The position numbers were made by a program, and so were the translations under genes. A DNA stretch of 63,293 nucleotides, the filler included, from Octopus bimaculoides (Eukaryota), in NCBI RefSeq assembly GCF_001194135.2. It is 4 parts of 4 records of this genome, joined end to end, with 100 filler letters (N's around TTAATTAATTAA, not from the genome) between each part and the next. Parts side by side here need not be neighbours in the genome. Positions count along the whole stretch, not along the records: positions 34,242 to 48,865 come from NC_068983.1; positions 48,966 to 63,293 come from NC_068981.1; 2 more parts are not named here. One strand, given 5' to 3'. How positions within the stretch are numbered: the first letter of the stretch is position 1; the number at the start of each line of letters is the position of its first letter. The notes beneath the pieces were generated by a model. The model ran no database searches. It saw only the letters and a list, made by a program, of their open reading frames with translations, and had not been told where the DNA came from. Shown here piece by piece: positions 34,734 to 49,330 of this stretch.

Positions 34734-35960
34734 CTGCGATAGTGGTGGTGGTGGTGATAGTGTTGTCGTTGTAATACTTGAGGTAGTAGTAATAGTGGTG
34801 GTAGTAGTAGAAGAAGNNNNNNNNNNNNNNNNNNNNNNNNNNNNNNNNNNNNNNNNNNNNNNNNNNNNNNNNNNNNNNNNNNNNNNNNNNNNNNNNNNNN
34901 NNNNNNNNNNNNNNNNNNNNNNNNNNNNNNNNNNNNNNNNNNNNNNNNNNNNNNNNNNNNNNNNNNNNNNNNNNNNNNNNNNNNNNNNNNNNNNNNNNNN
35001 NNNNNNNNNNNNNNNNNNNNNNNNNNNNNNNNNNNNNNNNNNNNNNNNNNNNNNNNNNNNNNNNNNNNNNNNNNNNNNNNNNNNNNNNNNNNNNNNNNNN
35101 NNNNNNNNNNNNNNNNNNNNNNNNNNNNNNNNNNNNNNNNNNNNNNNNNNNNNNNNNNNNNNNNNNNNNNNNNNNNNNNNNNNNNNNNNNNNNNNNNNNN
35201 NNNNNNNNNNNNNNNNNNNNNNAGAAGAAGAAGAAGAAGAAGAAGAAGAAGAAGAAGAAGAAGAAGAAGAAGAAGAAGAAGAAGCGGAAGAAGAAGAAGA
35301 AGAAGAAGAAGAAGAAGAAGGGGAAGAAGGAGAATAAGAGGAAGAAAAGAAGATGCAGAAGAGGGAAGGAAGAAGAAGGAGGAGCAGAAGCTGAAGATTA
35401 AATTGAAGAAACAGAAAGAGTAGTAGTGACAGTTGTGGGTGGTGTTAATATTACTATTTGTAGTAGTAATAGTAGTGGTAAATGTTTTGGTGGTGGCGTT
35501 GACGGTGGCAATTGTGTAGTCGATGGTGGTGTCAGAAGCTAACGCAGGAGAAAAGCCCACCTCCAGTGTAGTAGTAACAGTAGCAGCAGCAGCAGCAGTA
35601 GCAGTAGTGAGAGTAGTTGTGGAGGTGGTGGTGATAGTAGAAAAAGAAGANNNNNNNNNNGAAGAAGAAGAAGAAGAAGAAGAATAGGAAGGAGAAGAGG
35701 AAGGAGAAGAGAAGAAGAAGAAGAGGAGGAAGAGAAGAAGAGGAGGAAGGAGAAGAGGAAGGAGAAGAAGAAGAGGAGGAAGAAGGAGAATAAGAAGAAG
35801 AAGAGGTAAAGGAGGAGGAGGAGGAGGAGGAGGAAAATAGGAAGAAGAAGAAGAAGAGTAGGAGAAGTGGAAGAAGAAGAAATGAAAGAAGTGAAAGAAG
35901 ATGAAGTGGAAGAAGTAGGAGAAGAAGGAGAAGAAGAAAAGAAAAGACTAAATGAAAGAG
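34490..35960. repeat. (GTA)n and long (GAA/GGA)n polypurine trinucleotide blocks with gaps
   Basis: Direct inspection. Confidence 0.95.
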
Positions 35961-37371
35961 AAGAGCAAGAAAAAAGTAACAAATAATATCAATGATAATG
36001 TATAACCACCTCACCGTCCTTACATACCCTAACAACAACAACAACGATATGAACTATAATCTTTTCTGTTGTTCGTTATGCTAAAACTAGCAGCCAAATC
36101 TATGTCTCTCTAACCCATTTAATATCCGAGCCTCATAAAAAGTACACTTGTACAGCGTGGACGTATTGCTGCATTTCCATTGGAGAGGATATGAGACGGT
36201 GTAGCTGCCGTGGTTCTGAGTGAACTTCTACTCAAGTAATGTCTGCTGGAGGTGAAATGAGAACAACGACGGCAAAAGCTAAAACGACAACAAAAGTTGT
36301 AACTATCGCAATGTATTGTTTATGGCCGTATCTTTTTTATTCACATATACCTAACGTCCGTTTAAATATACATGACACACACAAAAGCACGCCCCTTCTA
36401 AGGCCTCAAAATACTACGACTAAACTGAGAGATAAAAAAAAAAAACCACACATTATAAAGAGTTAAAACAATAGGCAATTTTGGCACCGAGTATGCTTCT
36501 AATAAACATCTTATCATCATTACCGTCATCATCGTAACCGAAATTATCTTCAATAGGCAAATTTATATTGTTATTTTTCCAAGGGTATTTTCAATTTTTT
36601 AATGAATAAGAAATCTTCTTTATTCGTTCTTTCAATTTTATCCCACCATATCTAAAAAAATAAAAAAAGAAACACACAAAAAACCTTTTTATTCAAATTT
36701 AGAATTTCTTGAGGTCTCTCTTCATTCTTTCAGATATTGTTTGCCGTTTATAATACCCAAACATCTCTATTACACTTATTCAACATTGCAGTCTAAGTCT
36801 ATTTATATTTCTTTNNNNNNNNNNNNNNNNNNNNNNNNNNNNNNNNNNNNNNNNNNNNNNNNNNNNNNNNNNNNNNNNNNNNNNNNNNNNNNNNNNNNNN
36901 NNNNNNNNNNNNNNNNNNNNNNNNNNNNNNNNNNNNNNNNNNNNNNNNNNNNNNNNNNNNNNNNNNNNNNNNNNNNNNNNNNNNNNNNNNNNNNNNNNNN
37001 NNNNNNNNNNNNNNNNNNNNNNNNNNNNNNNNNNNNNNNNNNNNNNNNNNNNNNNNNNNNNNNNNNNNNNNNNNNNNNNNNNNNNNNNNNNNNNNNNNNN
37101 NNNNNNNNNNNNNNNNNNNNNNNNNNNNNNNNNNNNNNNNNNNNNNNNTATGTATATGTACACATACATAGACACATATATATGTGCGTGTGTTTATAGC
37201 GATGTGAATATATATATATATGTATATATTTACATACACTGGCTCATATTTCTGTGCATATACAGGTGTGTGTGTGTGCGTGTGTATGCATCCATTTATA
37301 CATTGCGTACTTGTCCGCATATGCGTAAGACACACATACGCACACAATCACTCACACATTTATATACATAC

Positions 37372-37404
<33 letters not shown>

Positions 37405-38094
37405 CATATATGTGTGTGTGCGCGTGTATGCTTCCGTGTGGGTGTGTTTGTGAATGTGTATCGGTTTGTTTTTTTCAATTAGCGTTCTATTTATGTAGAC
37501 AAAGTGTTTTTTTACGATTTGCATAATTTGTATCGTGTCAGGATGTATCACCGTGATTACATCTTATATAAAACCTCAATATCCTAACAATATCGGAAGC
37601 GGAAAGTCGATAAGGAGGAAGAACGAATGCAATTATAGTTCATTGCCTGTTCAGCACTCGAGCCTGTATCAAAATCAAATGAAGTTCAAATACACCAGAA
37701 CCAATTCATCACAGATCCACCAATGAACGTATCTCAAAACCTAGTATGAAATAAAAGATGGTGGCTGCAGTGGGACGGTGATGAATATGCAGGCTTTACG
37801 CTATACAACCGTTTTCTAGTTATCATTTCAGAGAACAAATAACAAAAAGCAAAAAGCAAGCTAAAATTTTCCCCTCTCCTTAAGAGAAAAAAATATCATA
37901 TTAAACTAATTGCTGGTTTTCGAAAAACTTTGCTCGAAATAAAATGGAAAGAAAACAAAATGAAAAGCTAAAACAAAACGCATGAAGATAAGATGATTAC
38001 TGTGATGAAAACGATAATAATAAAGCTGATAATGCTCAGTTTGGTTACTGTTATCATTAATACTCTTCTTATTATTATTAGTATCAGGGATGTT

Positions 38095-38730
38095 ATTCTT
38101 GTTGTTGTCTGAACTGTAGTAAGAAGAAAATTATTATTATTATTATCATTATTATTATTATTGCTATTATTATTAATATTAGTATCATTGTTATTATCAT
38201 CATCAGTAGTAGTAGTATGAGGAGGAGGAGGAGGAGGTGGACGAGGAGTAGTTGGAGGAGTATAAGGNNNNNNNNNNNNNNNNNNNNNNNNNNNNNNNNN
38301 NNNNNNNNNNNNNNNNNNNNNNNNNNNNNNNNNNNNNNNNNNNNNNNNNNNNNNNNNNNNNNNNNNNNNNNNNNNNNNNNNNNNNNNNNNNNNNNNNNNN
38401 NNNNNNNNNNNNNNNNNNNNNNNNNNNNNNNNNNNNNNNNNNNNNNNNNNNNNNNNNNNNNNNNNNNNNNNNNNNNNNNNNNNNNNNNNNNNNNNNNNNN
38501 NNNNNNNNNNNNNNNNNNNNNNNNNNNNNNNNNNNNNNNNNNNNNNNNNNNNNNNNNNNNNNNNNNNNNNNNNNNNNNNNNNNNNNNNNNNNNNNNNNNN
38601 NNNNNNNNNNNNNNNNNNNNNNNNNNNNNNNNNNNNNNNNNNNNNNNNNNNNNNNNNNNNNNNNNNNNNNGTGATGATGATGGTTGGGATGATGGCGATG
38701 GTGACATGGACGATGACAATGGTAATAACA
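38095..38730. repeat. (ATT)/(GGA)/(GAT) trinucleotide mosaic around a gap
   Basis: Direct inspection. Confidence 0.9.
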
Positions 38731-39443
38731 CTTGCATACCGTTTACATCGCCTCCACTACTTACTACCATTTACTTTCATACTGTTCCAATCTCTTTCAT
38801 AGATCTTCTTTTAGCATCACAGACTCGTTCCTTTTGTTTTTCTGGTTGCTTTTTTTTCATCTTCTCTTTCTTCTTCTATCCATTCTTGCAATCTCTCTTT
38901 GGTTCATTTTGTTCTCCTTCTCTTCTTCGTTATTATCATCCTGATTGGCCTTATCAACATAATAATCTCTCTATCGGTACTTTTGTTGATGCTGTGAAAT
39001 GAGAATATCTTGCCATCTTGCCTAAAGCTATCAAAATATCTCTTAAACTTATCCAAAATCTATGAAGCATCATATGTGGAAATTAGATGGATATACAGAA
39101 AGGATATGACAGAGAGAGAGTTAAAGAGAATGTGAGACCAAGTGAGAGAGAGGGCGAAAGAGAGAGAATGAGAGAGAGAAGGAGATATATTGATATATAT
39201 ATAGTGAGAGGGAATGAAAAAGTCAAATCCTAGACAGAAATAAAAAAGATAATGAGTGCGCAAGAAATTACGTAATAGCTGTGAAAGTTAGACTAGTTGA
39301 GATGTGAAATATTAGAGGATCAAATACGATGCGACCTTAGTAATCCAGCGGTTCGCAGTCTAATAGATCCCAGCTCCGTTGAAATTTATGAATATTTTAC
39401 CCAATCCCCCGTGATCATTTCTTTTTTCTATTATGGTCAGATG

Positions 39444-39619
39444 GACTGAAATTTGGTGGAAGGGATCAAGTCAATTACATCGACACCAATGCTCAACTGG
39501 TACTTCTTTCATCGATCTGAAAATGATGAAAAACAAAGTGGACTTCAGTAGATATTGAATTCAGGATGCAGAGACGGACGAAACGCTTAGCTAGCGATTT
39601 TGCCAGTTAGCCGCTTTCC
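39444..39619 (-). mobile_element. Family-A SINE (degenerate)
   Basis: caattacatcgacaccaatgctcaactggtac...gatgaaaaacaaagtggac...ttgaattcagg. Confidence 0.75.
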
Positions 39620-42600
39620 TCGTCTTTATTAATGAAAAGACAATATATTGCTTGCACCCATATTATCCTCTCTCCGCCAGTGACGTGTACAAGTTTAAAC
39701 AATATAAAACCATTTCAATGTCATTAAACATAGAAATCTGTGTCACCTTTTCAATATTTTCAGTGTGTCACCAAAATGGTCTTATAAACTCTAAATGAAT
39801 CGGTTCTATTTTCTTGGTGAAACCAGTCGCTTAATTCAAAGGACACAAGGAGACAATCACACACACAGAAACACGCAGTCACACACGCATATACACATCC
39901 AGGAGAACACACACACACACACAAATATACTTTCTAACACTTGGCACACATACAACCACCACCTCCGAAACAAAAATGCGGGTTGACTTCTGAAAAGCAG
40001 TCGTACCAATAATTAATATAACGAATGAGAACTAATTATTGGTGATATTTTGATAATCTTTATCTGTTTGAATGTATTTTAAGATAGCAGAAATTTAAAA
40101 GTTGAAACGATGGAGAATGTGCACTTTAAATATCATTTTAGGGTCGCTTTTCAAAAATTAATTCAGTTGTCAGGAAGAGCATTTCTGATGCCTCAACACG
40201 CTTGTTAATGTTAGAGGAGTAGCTAATCGAATACGGAGTCATTTTCAAACTGGAGATCTGGCCTGGACTTAATTTTGCGCGCACCTCACTAAATGCATGC
40301 AATAACCAAATGGCACTATTAAACCAAACACCAGATTTGGTCTACAACTACTTAAGAAACGTAGATTACCTGTTTTCAACATTCGGATTTCATTTGCAAG
40401 TCTGGAGAATACCTACAACTGTACTTGTAGAGATTCATAGAAGCGAACTCTGTCCTCCGTTATTGCAAACAATAAGAAAATGTCGACTTGACAAACTCCT
40501 TAACACGTGGGACAATATATTTAGCATCATTTCTTTCGGTCATACGTTGTACGTTCAAATTCTATGGCCGTTAATACAAGTACCAGTGAAGCGCTTGATT
40601 CAATGTAATTGACTGTCCCCACTACAAAAAGAAATTACTCAAACTTTGACTATAGATGAGCGAATTATTGCAAAACGAAAAACATCTTAACTATGTATGC
40701 AGGATGACGAAACTGATGACAACAGGAAGACAATGCTAGAATATACAGTTTATATTTCAAAAACTAGTTATATTTTGGAATGAATACATTTTCATGGCAG
40801 TTACACTGCCAAATATTTTCATAATTGAATAGGATGCTTCACACTAAACAAAGCAACAAAAGCGACACCTGTACTACCTTTATTTTCGAAATCTTTTCAA
40901 AACATATACCCATATGAATATTTAATATTCATATATGCACGTGACATATAGTACTTCCATATACAGCTTCTTATAGAATATGTTCAAATGCACGTTAGTA
41001 CTTCTATTTACAGTCTCATAGATTTTATTAAAAACCGTTTATCTGTTTACCACTTTTAGTCACTACCCTGTCTGACTGTAGCTATTTGTCGCAATGTATT
41101 CTAACCCTGACCGAAATGTTTTTCTTACAGTATAAAACATAGTAAACAGTGTGGTGTGTAGTATCTGCAATTTTAAGACAGTGGATGGCGTTGATGTGTT
41201 CTTAGCTGCTATTTGTAATAGACTGCATCTACGTAAAGATAGTCTCGTTGGTTTAGTATGTAATCTGTTACTGTTTTTGCTAGTGTTGTCTTACACCAAT
41301 GATCAAATTCATTCTCTCGAAGCTTTTTCCGATTGTCTTTCCTCAGTCGCATTGTTCAAGTGGACAGGGCAATTACAACTGCTGTTTCTAAAAGCGGAGC
41401 GTATAATTCGGGGAGAAAGTTGTTATCCTGTTGGCTAATTATCGATGCAGCGATGTTGAGTCGATATCTTTTAGTTGTAAAACAGGCCTGATTTACCGGT
41501 TCTATGATCAAAAACATTAACCTTGTGTTTGAAATAATATATAAGATTATATCCTATGCGCTGATTCTTTCTCGAAAACAAAGTTGGATACTTTTTGATA
41601 CAATATTTTTAGCTTTTCTACCACTTGAAAGTGCCAGATAAAAGCTCATGTTCTGATACAGGTTTCGTTTTTCTTGTTTTTCAGCTCAAAATCACTCCCG
41701 ACCAAATATTAAAGTTTATATGATTCCTGTCCTCGGTGATCCCTATATTTCACTTCCCTGAAGAAATTCACGATCAGAAAAAGTACCCTGCGCCTCTTTA
41801 CAAAAACGAAGGATTTGGTTGCTACTTCTATCAAATAGAACGGTCACCTAAAGGCCGATTCGTTTTCTTATACACATTTCGGGTATCCTACTAATCTCTA
41901 ATCCTCTTGATGTTTCCTTGAACAGTATTTAATTATCTTTCCCTAATTTCTCGCGAGTAATTATTTTGTCTTTCTCTGAATGTGAATACTCGATTGTGGG
42001 ACCTATATTTATTTTGGAGCATAATTTTAAATGTCTTTCTTAAAAAAAAAACAAAAAAACTTTATATATCGACTTAACATTCGTATTTAATGTAGCGCCA
42101 TACTTATTGCGAATTATCAACGCAGAATATTTAGATTCTGGATTCCATTTTGCCCCTTATCTGAGGTTCATTTAAAGAATTTTGATTACAATATTACGTA
42201 GCTAAGGCTTATGGATTAATAACTATTCAATTAATTTCAAAAATGTTTACCATTTTCATTATACATTCCATTTCATTCCACACTTGAGGCTTTTGAAGGC
42301 GTACAACTCAGAATTATTTCAATGCATATGCTGTATCGACAATGTCTTCAAATCTCTCGTATAGTTATAGCTAAATTTGTTTTACTCTAATCTTCATTTT
42401 ATTTTCAGTTTTGTTTTATAGTCACGTTTTTGAATGCATAACATTTGAAACTCTTTTAATCTTAAACATTTTAATCATGCCTTCAATTTCTTTCCTTTGC
42501 TAGGTTGTTTCGTTGCGTTAAATAAATCGGTCAAAATTGATTTAACGTTTAAGAACAAAATACCTAAACACTTACCAACACTAGCAGAAGAATATTTGTC

Positions 42601-43242
42601 TAGAATTCCATTTTCTTTTCATGATCATATTATTTGATAATATAGATATGACGATATACATTCATGTAATTTAATCGACTGGTGAAGTTATATTGTTGCT
42701 GCCATATACTTAATTTTTGGACTGGTTATACTTTAATTTAACCTAAGCTACCAGAGTATGATAGTCTTGTCATTCAAATGTTGGGCAACAAATCGAAGGT
42801 TTTGAAATATTGTCAAGTCAGTTATAAATAATTCTCAGTTTTAATGATAGGCAACTTTCGATATGACCAATCATAGAAGGTGTAAATAGAGCTGTAAACA
42901 TGTCAAATAACAACATAAACACTATAGTTAGTGTAAAATTAATCAAGGATATTTTTGACTTAAGAGCTGAGGTTGATTTCAACCGAAGTATAATTTATAT
43001 GCAACAGAATCGCATCCGTTCTCATCAGCATGTTACCAGGGAGATTGTAACAATAAATAATCCCATCGAAAACGAATGCCTATAGGCGCTACTCGATGAA
43101 TGCCTAAAGCCATGTCAAATTTGCTACACGTAAACTGTGGAAGCTCGTCACACGCATGCACATGTACACACCCATATGTACACAAACACACAGGGACACA
43201 CACACATCCACACACACGCACCCCCCCACACACACACATATA

Positions 43243-43400
43243 GGCGCAGGAGTCGCTATGTAGTAAGAAGCTTCCTTACCAACCACATGGTTCCAGGTTC
43301 TTTCACATTGCATGGGACCTTGGGCAAGTGTCTTCTACTGTGGCCTCGGGCCGACCAAAACCTTGTGAGTTGATTTGGTAGAGAGTAACTGAAAGAGGTG
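43243..43400 (+). mobile_element. Family-B SINE head
   Basis: ggcgcaggagtcgctatgtagtaag...gaccttgggcaagtgtcttctac...gggccgaccaaaaccttgtgag. Confidence 0.9.
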
Positions 43401-45119
43401 CCTGAACTCACTGGCCGATGAATTCGTAAGTGCCTTTCTTATCGTTGGTTTTTGGTGTCGCATGGCCAAAAATTACCGTGAATTTTTTTAGAGACACTTT
43501 CAAATTTATCAGAATATTGGGCTGAAGATTCGGAATAGAGTAATTTCATTCTCTTNNNNNNNNNNNNNNNNNNNNNNNNNNNNNNNNNNNNNNNNNNNNN
43601 NNNNNNNNNNNNNNNNNNNNNNNNNNNNNNNNNNNNNNNNNNNNNNNNNNNNNNNNNNNNNNNNNNNNNNNNNNNNNNNNNNNNNNNNNNNNNNNNNNNN
43701 NNNNNNNNNNNNNNNNNNNNNNNNNNNNNNNNNNNNNNNNNNNNNNNNNNNNNNNNNNNNNNNNNNNNNNNNNNNNNNNNNNNNNNNNNNNNNNNNNNNN
43801 NNNNNNNNNNNNNNNNNNNNNNNNNNNNNNNNNNNNNNNNNNNNNNNNNNNNNNNNNNNNNNNNNNNNNNNNNNNNNNNNNNNNNNATATATATCATTAT
43901 TTGTATGTATGTATATATATATCTTTTTAATTTATTTGCGGGAAAGATTCTGAATGCTTAAATAAGGCTCCTATTCTTTTATGAGGCTACAGTCAATTGA
44001 TGCTAACTCTTAAACCAGATTTCTCAGGCTGCACCGATATCTACCTATATAATATAAGATATATATGTGTATGTGTCTCTGTCTCTCTGTCTATCTCTGC
44101 GTGTGTATTTATGTATTTAAATACATGAGGCAATCGGGCAAAATGGTTTGCAGACTGGAGAAAATGTTTAGTAGCATTTCACCCATCTTTTTATTCTGAT
44201 ATCGAATTTCCTCACTTCCTGATCGGTGAACTATGAACCAGATAAACACTGTTCGATCAACTGACTAACGCCAACCCTCTATAAAATTCTCTGGTCAAGT
44301 TCCTATAGTAGACAGGATATGTGTATATGTTGGTGTGCATGTGATTGTGTGTGGGTGTTAAATTCAGATTACGCCTCTGAATATTGATAGCTAAATATTG
44401 TTATAACGCTGATCTAGCTGACCTTTAATGAAACGTGGAACTCAGAAGTAATTTCTCCTGTGGTTTCCTGTGCTTCAAGATATATATTGTCAAATGTGTC
44501 ATCTTGGACATTAAGAAAAGAAAATACCATACAAACGTAATGGAAGTCTCAATGAAACGTTTGGTTATATGAGCACTTCTCTTTCGCAAGAAAATATACA
44601 GGCTTTACTATGTACAGACCAAAATGTACGTAGCATAGCTCAATTGCTTCCAGCTTATTTGTCATTAGAAAATACAGACATATATACTATTTCCATGAAT
44701 AAAATTATATTATGAAATTTTAGAATACTGTGAAGTTTAAAAATGCTGAAACGTATTTAGATTGAACCTCGAAACAGCGGATTGCTTTGCCTACACATTG
44801 AAAAAGAAAAAAAGAAATTAATTCGTAATTTCGAATCTTTTATATTATTTTCTGTTACTTAAGCTTAAATATGCTTCTAACTCGTATCTTTTCTCTCCGG
44901 CTTAGGAAGGAATTTTGTTAAGTAATTAAAATGTATTGCATATACTTCTAAGTGCTTCACTGCATACGTTATTATTTCAAATTCCTGATAATAGCCATTT
45001 TAAGTTGTTCTTCTTTTTAACTAACTTAGTTACTTAGATATTTAAATAAGCTTCGGCCAACATTGGGGTAGGTGATGTCTAAGTTGCTAGTACCGCCCGT
45101 AAAAGACATTTAAATTTGT

Positions 45120-45660
45120 TTCATAATAGTCATTCTATAGGTATCATAGCTCCATTGGAGTAGAGAGTTTTTGTTGGCAGACATATATATATATCGGAGG
45201 ATAGTTGATTTGTCTGTTATTCGATAGAGATATTCGTCCAGGAACCGTTTAAATATTACGGAACCGTTTTCGTCACTCATGTGACTACGTATGATGCTAA
45301 AAGAGCAGAGCCGGTTGACGTTAAATAGTTCTGTCTTAGTGTTATGATATGATACGGACATGTCTTGTAGAGGACCTGCAGCACGGGAACCAAACTTTGG
45401 GCGAATTTTAAACTGAATGCCAACATCATTTGTACTGCGCTATTGGAATATTTTCCACATCATATAAATGGTATAGAGCTTACGGTGACGTTGGATGGGG
45501 GAAAAGATTGAGTTTCACGCAATATCAATAGTCAAGACCCGTTACTCTGTCTAATTTAGTTCTGGTCGATCTCCAGGGTGCCTAAATTTTAAAATATTCT
45601 GTATTGGGTAGGGAGACCACATCTCAACTATGTATTGTGCCCCTTTATGCAGAGTGCCAT
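45120..45660 (-). mobile_element. CR1-type LINE ORF2 3' remnant
   Basis: WSPYPIQNILK; MWKIFQ*RSTNDVGIQFKIRPKFGSRA; ENGSVIFKRFLDEYLYRITDK; SANKNSLLQW. These match invertebrate CR1 C-terminal motifs. Confidence 0.75.
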
Positions 45661-48600
45661 CTTCGTCTATGAGAGGCCGAAGGATGATACAGCGGCTTTA
45701 TTATTTTGATACATAACTTTGTTTTTCTACATAGACTTATCCGCTGCTCTGCAGTCTTTAGTGCATTAGATAGAAATATATGGTCTTAATAACATCGACG
45801 GCAAACAATGATTAGAACTCCTTTTTCTAAAGCATCGAAATTTATTGAGAAATTACTTTGTTATGTATTCAAATTATGTTTACTACTGAATTAATTCAGA
45901 AGGAATTCTAGTTAATTGCAAGTTCAGTGCATGCAGCATTTGGACTCTCAGTTTTAACTTAATAATAGTTTCAGTTTAGAAGAAGATATATAGAACATAA
46001 TATTCATTTGGTCATTAAATATGTTCTCTTCATACGAACTTCACTCTTTCTAGCGTAAGATTTGCATCTCAACAAACGAGAAATAGAACTGAATACCACG
46101 GAGGCCATTTGCTTGAAGATCGAGGTTTGAAAATATCCTCACGTATGAAACCAAATAATATGGAGTATTTACCTACGTCTTTTTAACGGTAAAATTCGAA
46201 TTGCCTCTTAGTAATTATCGAGATAGAGATTATGTGGCAGTTCGAAATCATCTGATCATTAAATGTCATATAGATACACCGAACTGCGTTTAAAACTTTC
46301 TCGACAAATATTAGTCTTTCAGAAAGCGTATAATTAACAGTATATCCTTGAACACATTTACTCCAAAAAGGAAAAACAAAAAAGTATCTGTAGGCTTGGA
46401 GATATCACTAGTTTCTCGGGTCCAATGTCATTGAAAATTGATCTACATACCTTTAACGTCAAAGTTCAAATCACACGATGACTGATTCAAATTAATCACC
46501 AGAGTGAAACGGTTCCTTCCCTCAAAACGTTGGGCAGTTTACCGTAGAAATTATTATGTACTAGTTTGATAAAATGTCAATATAAGTATAATTTCTTATA
46601 GAGTTTGTCAGATTGGGTGTTAGTTGTGCAAGAATTTGCTTCCATTTCAGTGTTGTGTGAAAGCTGTCAAATAGGTAATATTTCTAGTTCGTCGTGGTTG
46701 GTATTTTATATTTTCAGTCCATATCCAGAAAGCATAAACATTTCGATATCCAAATTGGTGTTAAAAAATAAAAAAAATAACACGACCGGATTTATGTATA
46801 AATTCAAGAGTTATAGAAAATACTTTTATATAATTATTTTGGGTTGTTATATTCGGTACGTTTACACAGTTGTGGCGAATTTATGTATAGCTAAACGAAA
46901 AATAGCATCTTATAAAAAATTAAAAAAAACATTAACATCACGTAACACGTCTCTGAAGTTGCGTACTTCTACAGCGAATAAAATGTGTCATGAAATAACC
47001 AGGGGTTCGTTCGTTGACCTGATCTCGCAGAAATGTATTTATTAATAATTAAAACATTTCATTTGTTCTCTAGATATGGTGTGGGATTATTTGCCTACAG
47101 AGGTAACAGTGACGCCTTTATCAACATCAGTTGATTGTATTCCTGAATAATAGATTTGTCACATGAATTATTCGGTGCACAAAGCCGACCTGGAGCGAAA
47201 CAATAGCAGCAACATCGACGTCACCACAAACGAGTGTTCATAAATTACATTTTAATGAAAGCTTCTCATCTCTAGCTGAGTCATCTGCGCAACTTTTCAT
47301 ATCCGAATTTCTTGTATGACTGCTCTAATATGAACATGTTGATCTATGTCACTCAAGTTGGTGTAATAAATATCAAAACTGAGAAATAAACTAAATATGA
47401 AATACCAATTACTGAATAACTTCATTTTATTAAATAAAGACTGCGTGCCACAGGGTTATCTTAATATTTTCAAGTTCCCATCTAAATATTGTAATCTATC
47501 GAAGAATTAGTCAATAACACACTGGAATAGATCATGTTTCTAATTATAACTTCTACATATTGTTTCTGTATCTTAGTATGAACGCTTCTTGTTTCACTGT
47601 CAGTTATTAGAAACATTTATATATATTAAACCCTGGTCGAACAGACCTATGATCTAAGTGTTTCAAATATGACCATAATATATAATATATATCTATGCTT
47701 GAAGCAGTTGGAACACTCTATAATCAACACACATGATTTAACTTTCAATTTTAACTTGATTTCACATGTACATGCACAATATGAGGTGGTCCTCCTTATT
47801 AAAGCAAATTAATTTACACAAAATAAAGGCAGTTTCGTCTTGTGTCCAAAATATAAAATGACTTAGAGATTAATTACTCTAGTCATGTTCCCTGAAATAT
47901 TTACTATGTGGTACTTGAACAGACAAATAAAATGCAAGACCATTAAGTGAAATTAATTCTCTCACTATCATTCAGAAATAATTTAAAAGTCTAAACGCAT
48001 ATTCAAGCTCAATATTTCCTGGTTAAGAAGATAATTTCAAGTAATTTTCTTGGTGTAATTTTACGTTAGAAAATATTTAAAAGAAAAGCAAATATCTGAA
48101 AACTGTTTAAGTTTATTAGTAAATTACATTTTTGTTTCCAATATTTCATTTGCAATAAATATTTTTAGCTCATAATTAGTAGATAATTGGCGTTATTTCT
48201 CGTTTTTAAGAAATTAGTTTTACTCCAAATGTAACAAGGTATAAACAACAAACGAGTATTTCAAAAATGTAAATATAATACAACTCTTAAAGGTAGTAAC
48301 TCATTAAACGTTTTCTTTCAACATCAATCATGCATTACGAGTTCAACAATTATTTTTCTGAACGTGTTAGGTTCCTCTATTTCAAACAAACTATTTTTAT
48401 GCGAGAGAATAACGAATTTTATATTGGTAAAAACGCCCGCTTAAAAGGACTGATAAATATGAAAGGCCAATGTTTTTAAACTGCAGAAAGTTTATAACAG
48501 ATAGTATTATCTTAATGTAAGATCCTCAAGCAGAAACCTACACTGATAACGCGAAGATATTGCAAAAAAAAACATTTATAAACTGAGGAAAATTAAACGC

Positions 48601-48830
48601 ATATACGGAGTAGAACTAAAAGCGATTTCTTCTTTTTCAATTGTATTTTCAACTTTAAGTGTGAAACACTTTTATTCTGCAAACTCACATACACATATAT
48701 ATGTGTGCTTGCGTATGTATTCTGTATGTTAGCATGCAAGCATGTTTGCAAGTATGCTTGTGTATATCTCTCTCTCTTTCTCCCTCCCTCTCTCTCTATA
48801 CTATATATTTACATATTTACACACACACAC

Positions 48831-48865
<35 letters not shown>

Positions 48866-48965
48866 NNNNNNNNNNNNNNNNNNNNNNNNNNNNNNNNNNN
48901 NNNNNNNNNTTAATTAATTAANNNNNNNNNNNNNNNNNNNNNNNNNNNNNNNNNNNNNNNNNNNN
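48866..48965. other. Synthetic scaffold-join linker 44N-TTAATTAATTAA-44N
   Basis: 12-mer at 48910-48921. Confidence 0.95.
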
Positions 48966-49121
48966 AATAATTAATTAATCTAGTGGAAATCCACAGGAGA
49001 GCAATAAAAATAGAAAATTAAGGAGTTATCTCCCCTATAATAACAAAGATGAAATCTAACGAGATTCTAAGGATCTAATGATAGTTATGTATATGTTTTT
49101 TCGTGTTTTGTTCGAATGGTA

Positions 49122-49207
49122 ACCACTCCTGAAGAAGTGCCAAATGTCTAAATCCAATGGACCAGTCACTGGATAAGTTTGGCACAGAAATGTTAACATA
49201 GAGTGGT
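49122..49207 (+). ncRNA. Type-I hammerhead ribozyme, near-canonical
   Basis: ACCACTC | CTGAAGA a | GTGCCAAA-33 nt-TTTGGCAC a | GAA | ATGTTAACAT | A | GAGTGGT. Perfect 7-bp stem I, canonical CUGANGA, perfect 8-bp stem II, palindromic stem III, AUA triplet. Predicted cut between 49200 and 49201. Confidence 0.8.
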
Positions 49208-49277
49208 GAATAAATCGATATATCGAATTTGAAGTCTCTGTCTCTTTTGAATATGAAAATTTAAAAGTTAAAAACCT

Positions 49278-49330
<53 letters not shown>

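Noticed and set aside
36130-36260. Candidate host exons (also 2350-2460, 33410-33520, 41685-41790, 40310-40612)
   Set aside because: Splice-like dinucleotides are present, but there is no recognisable protein similarity or consistent frame.
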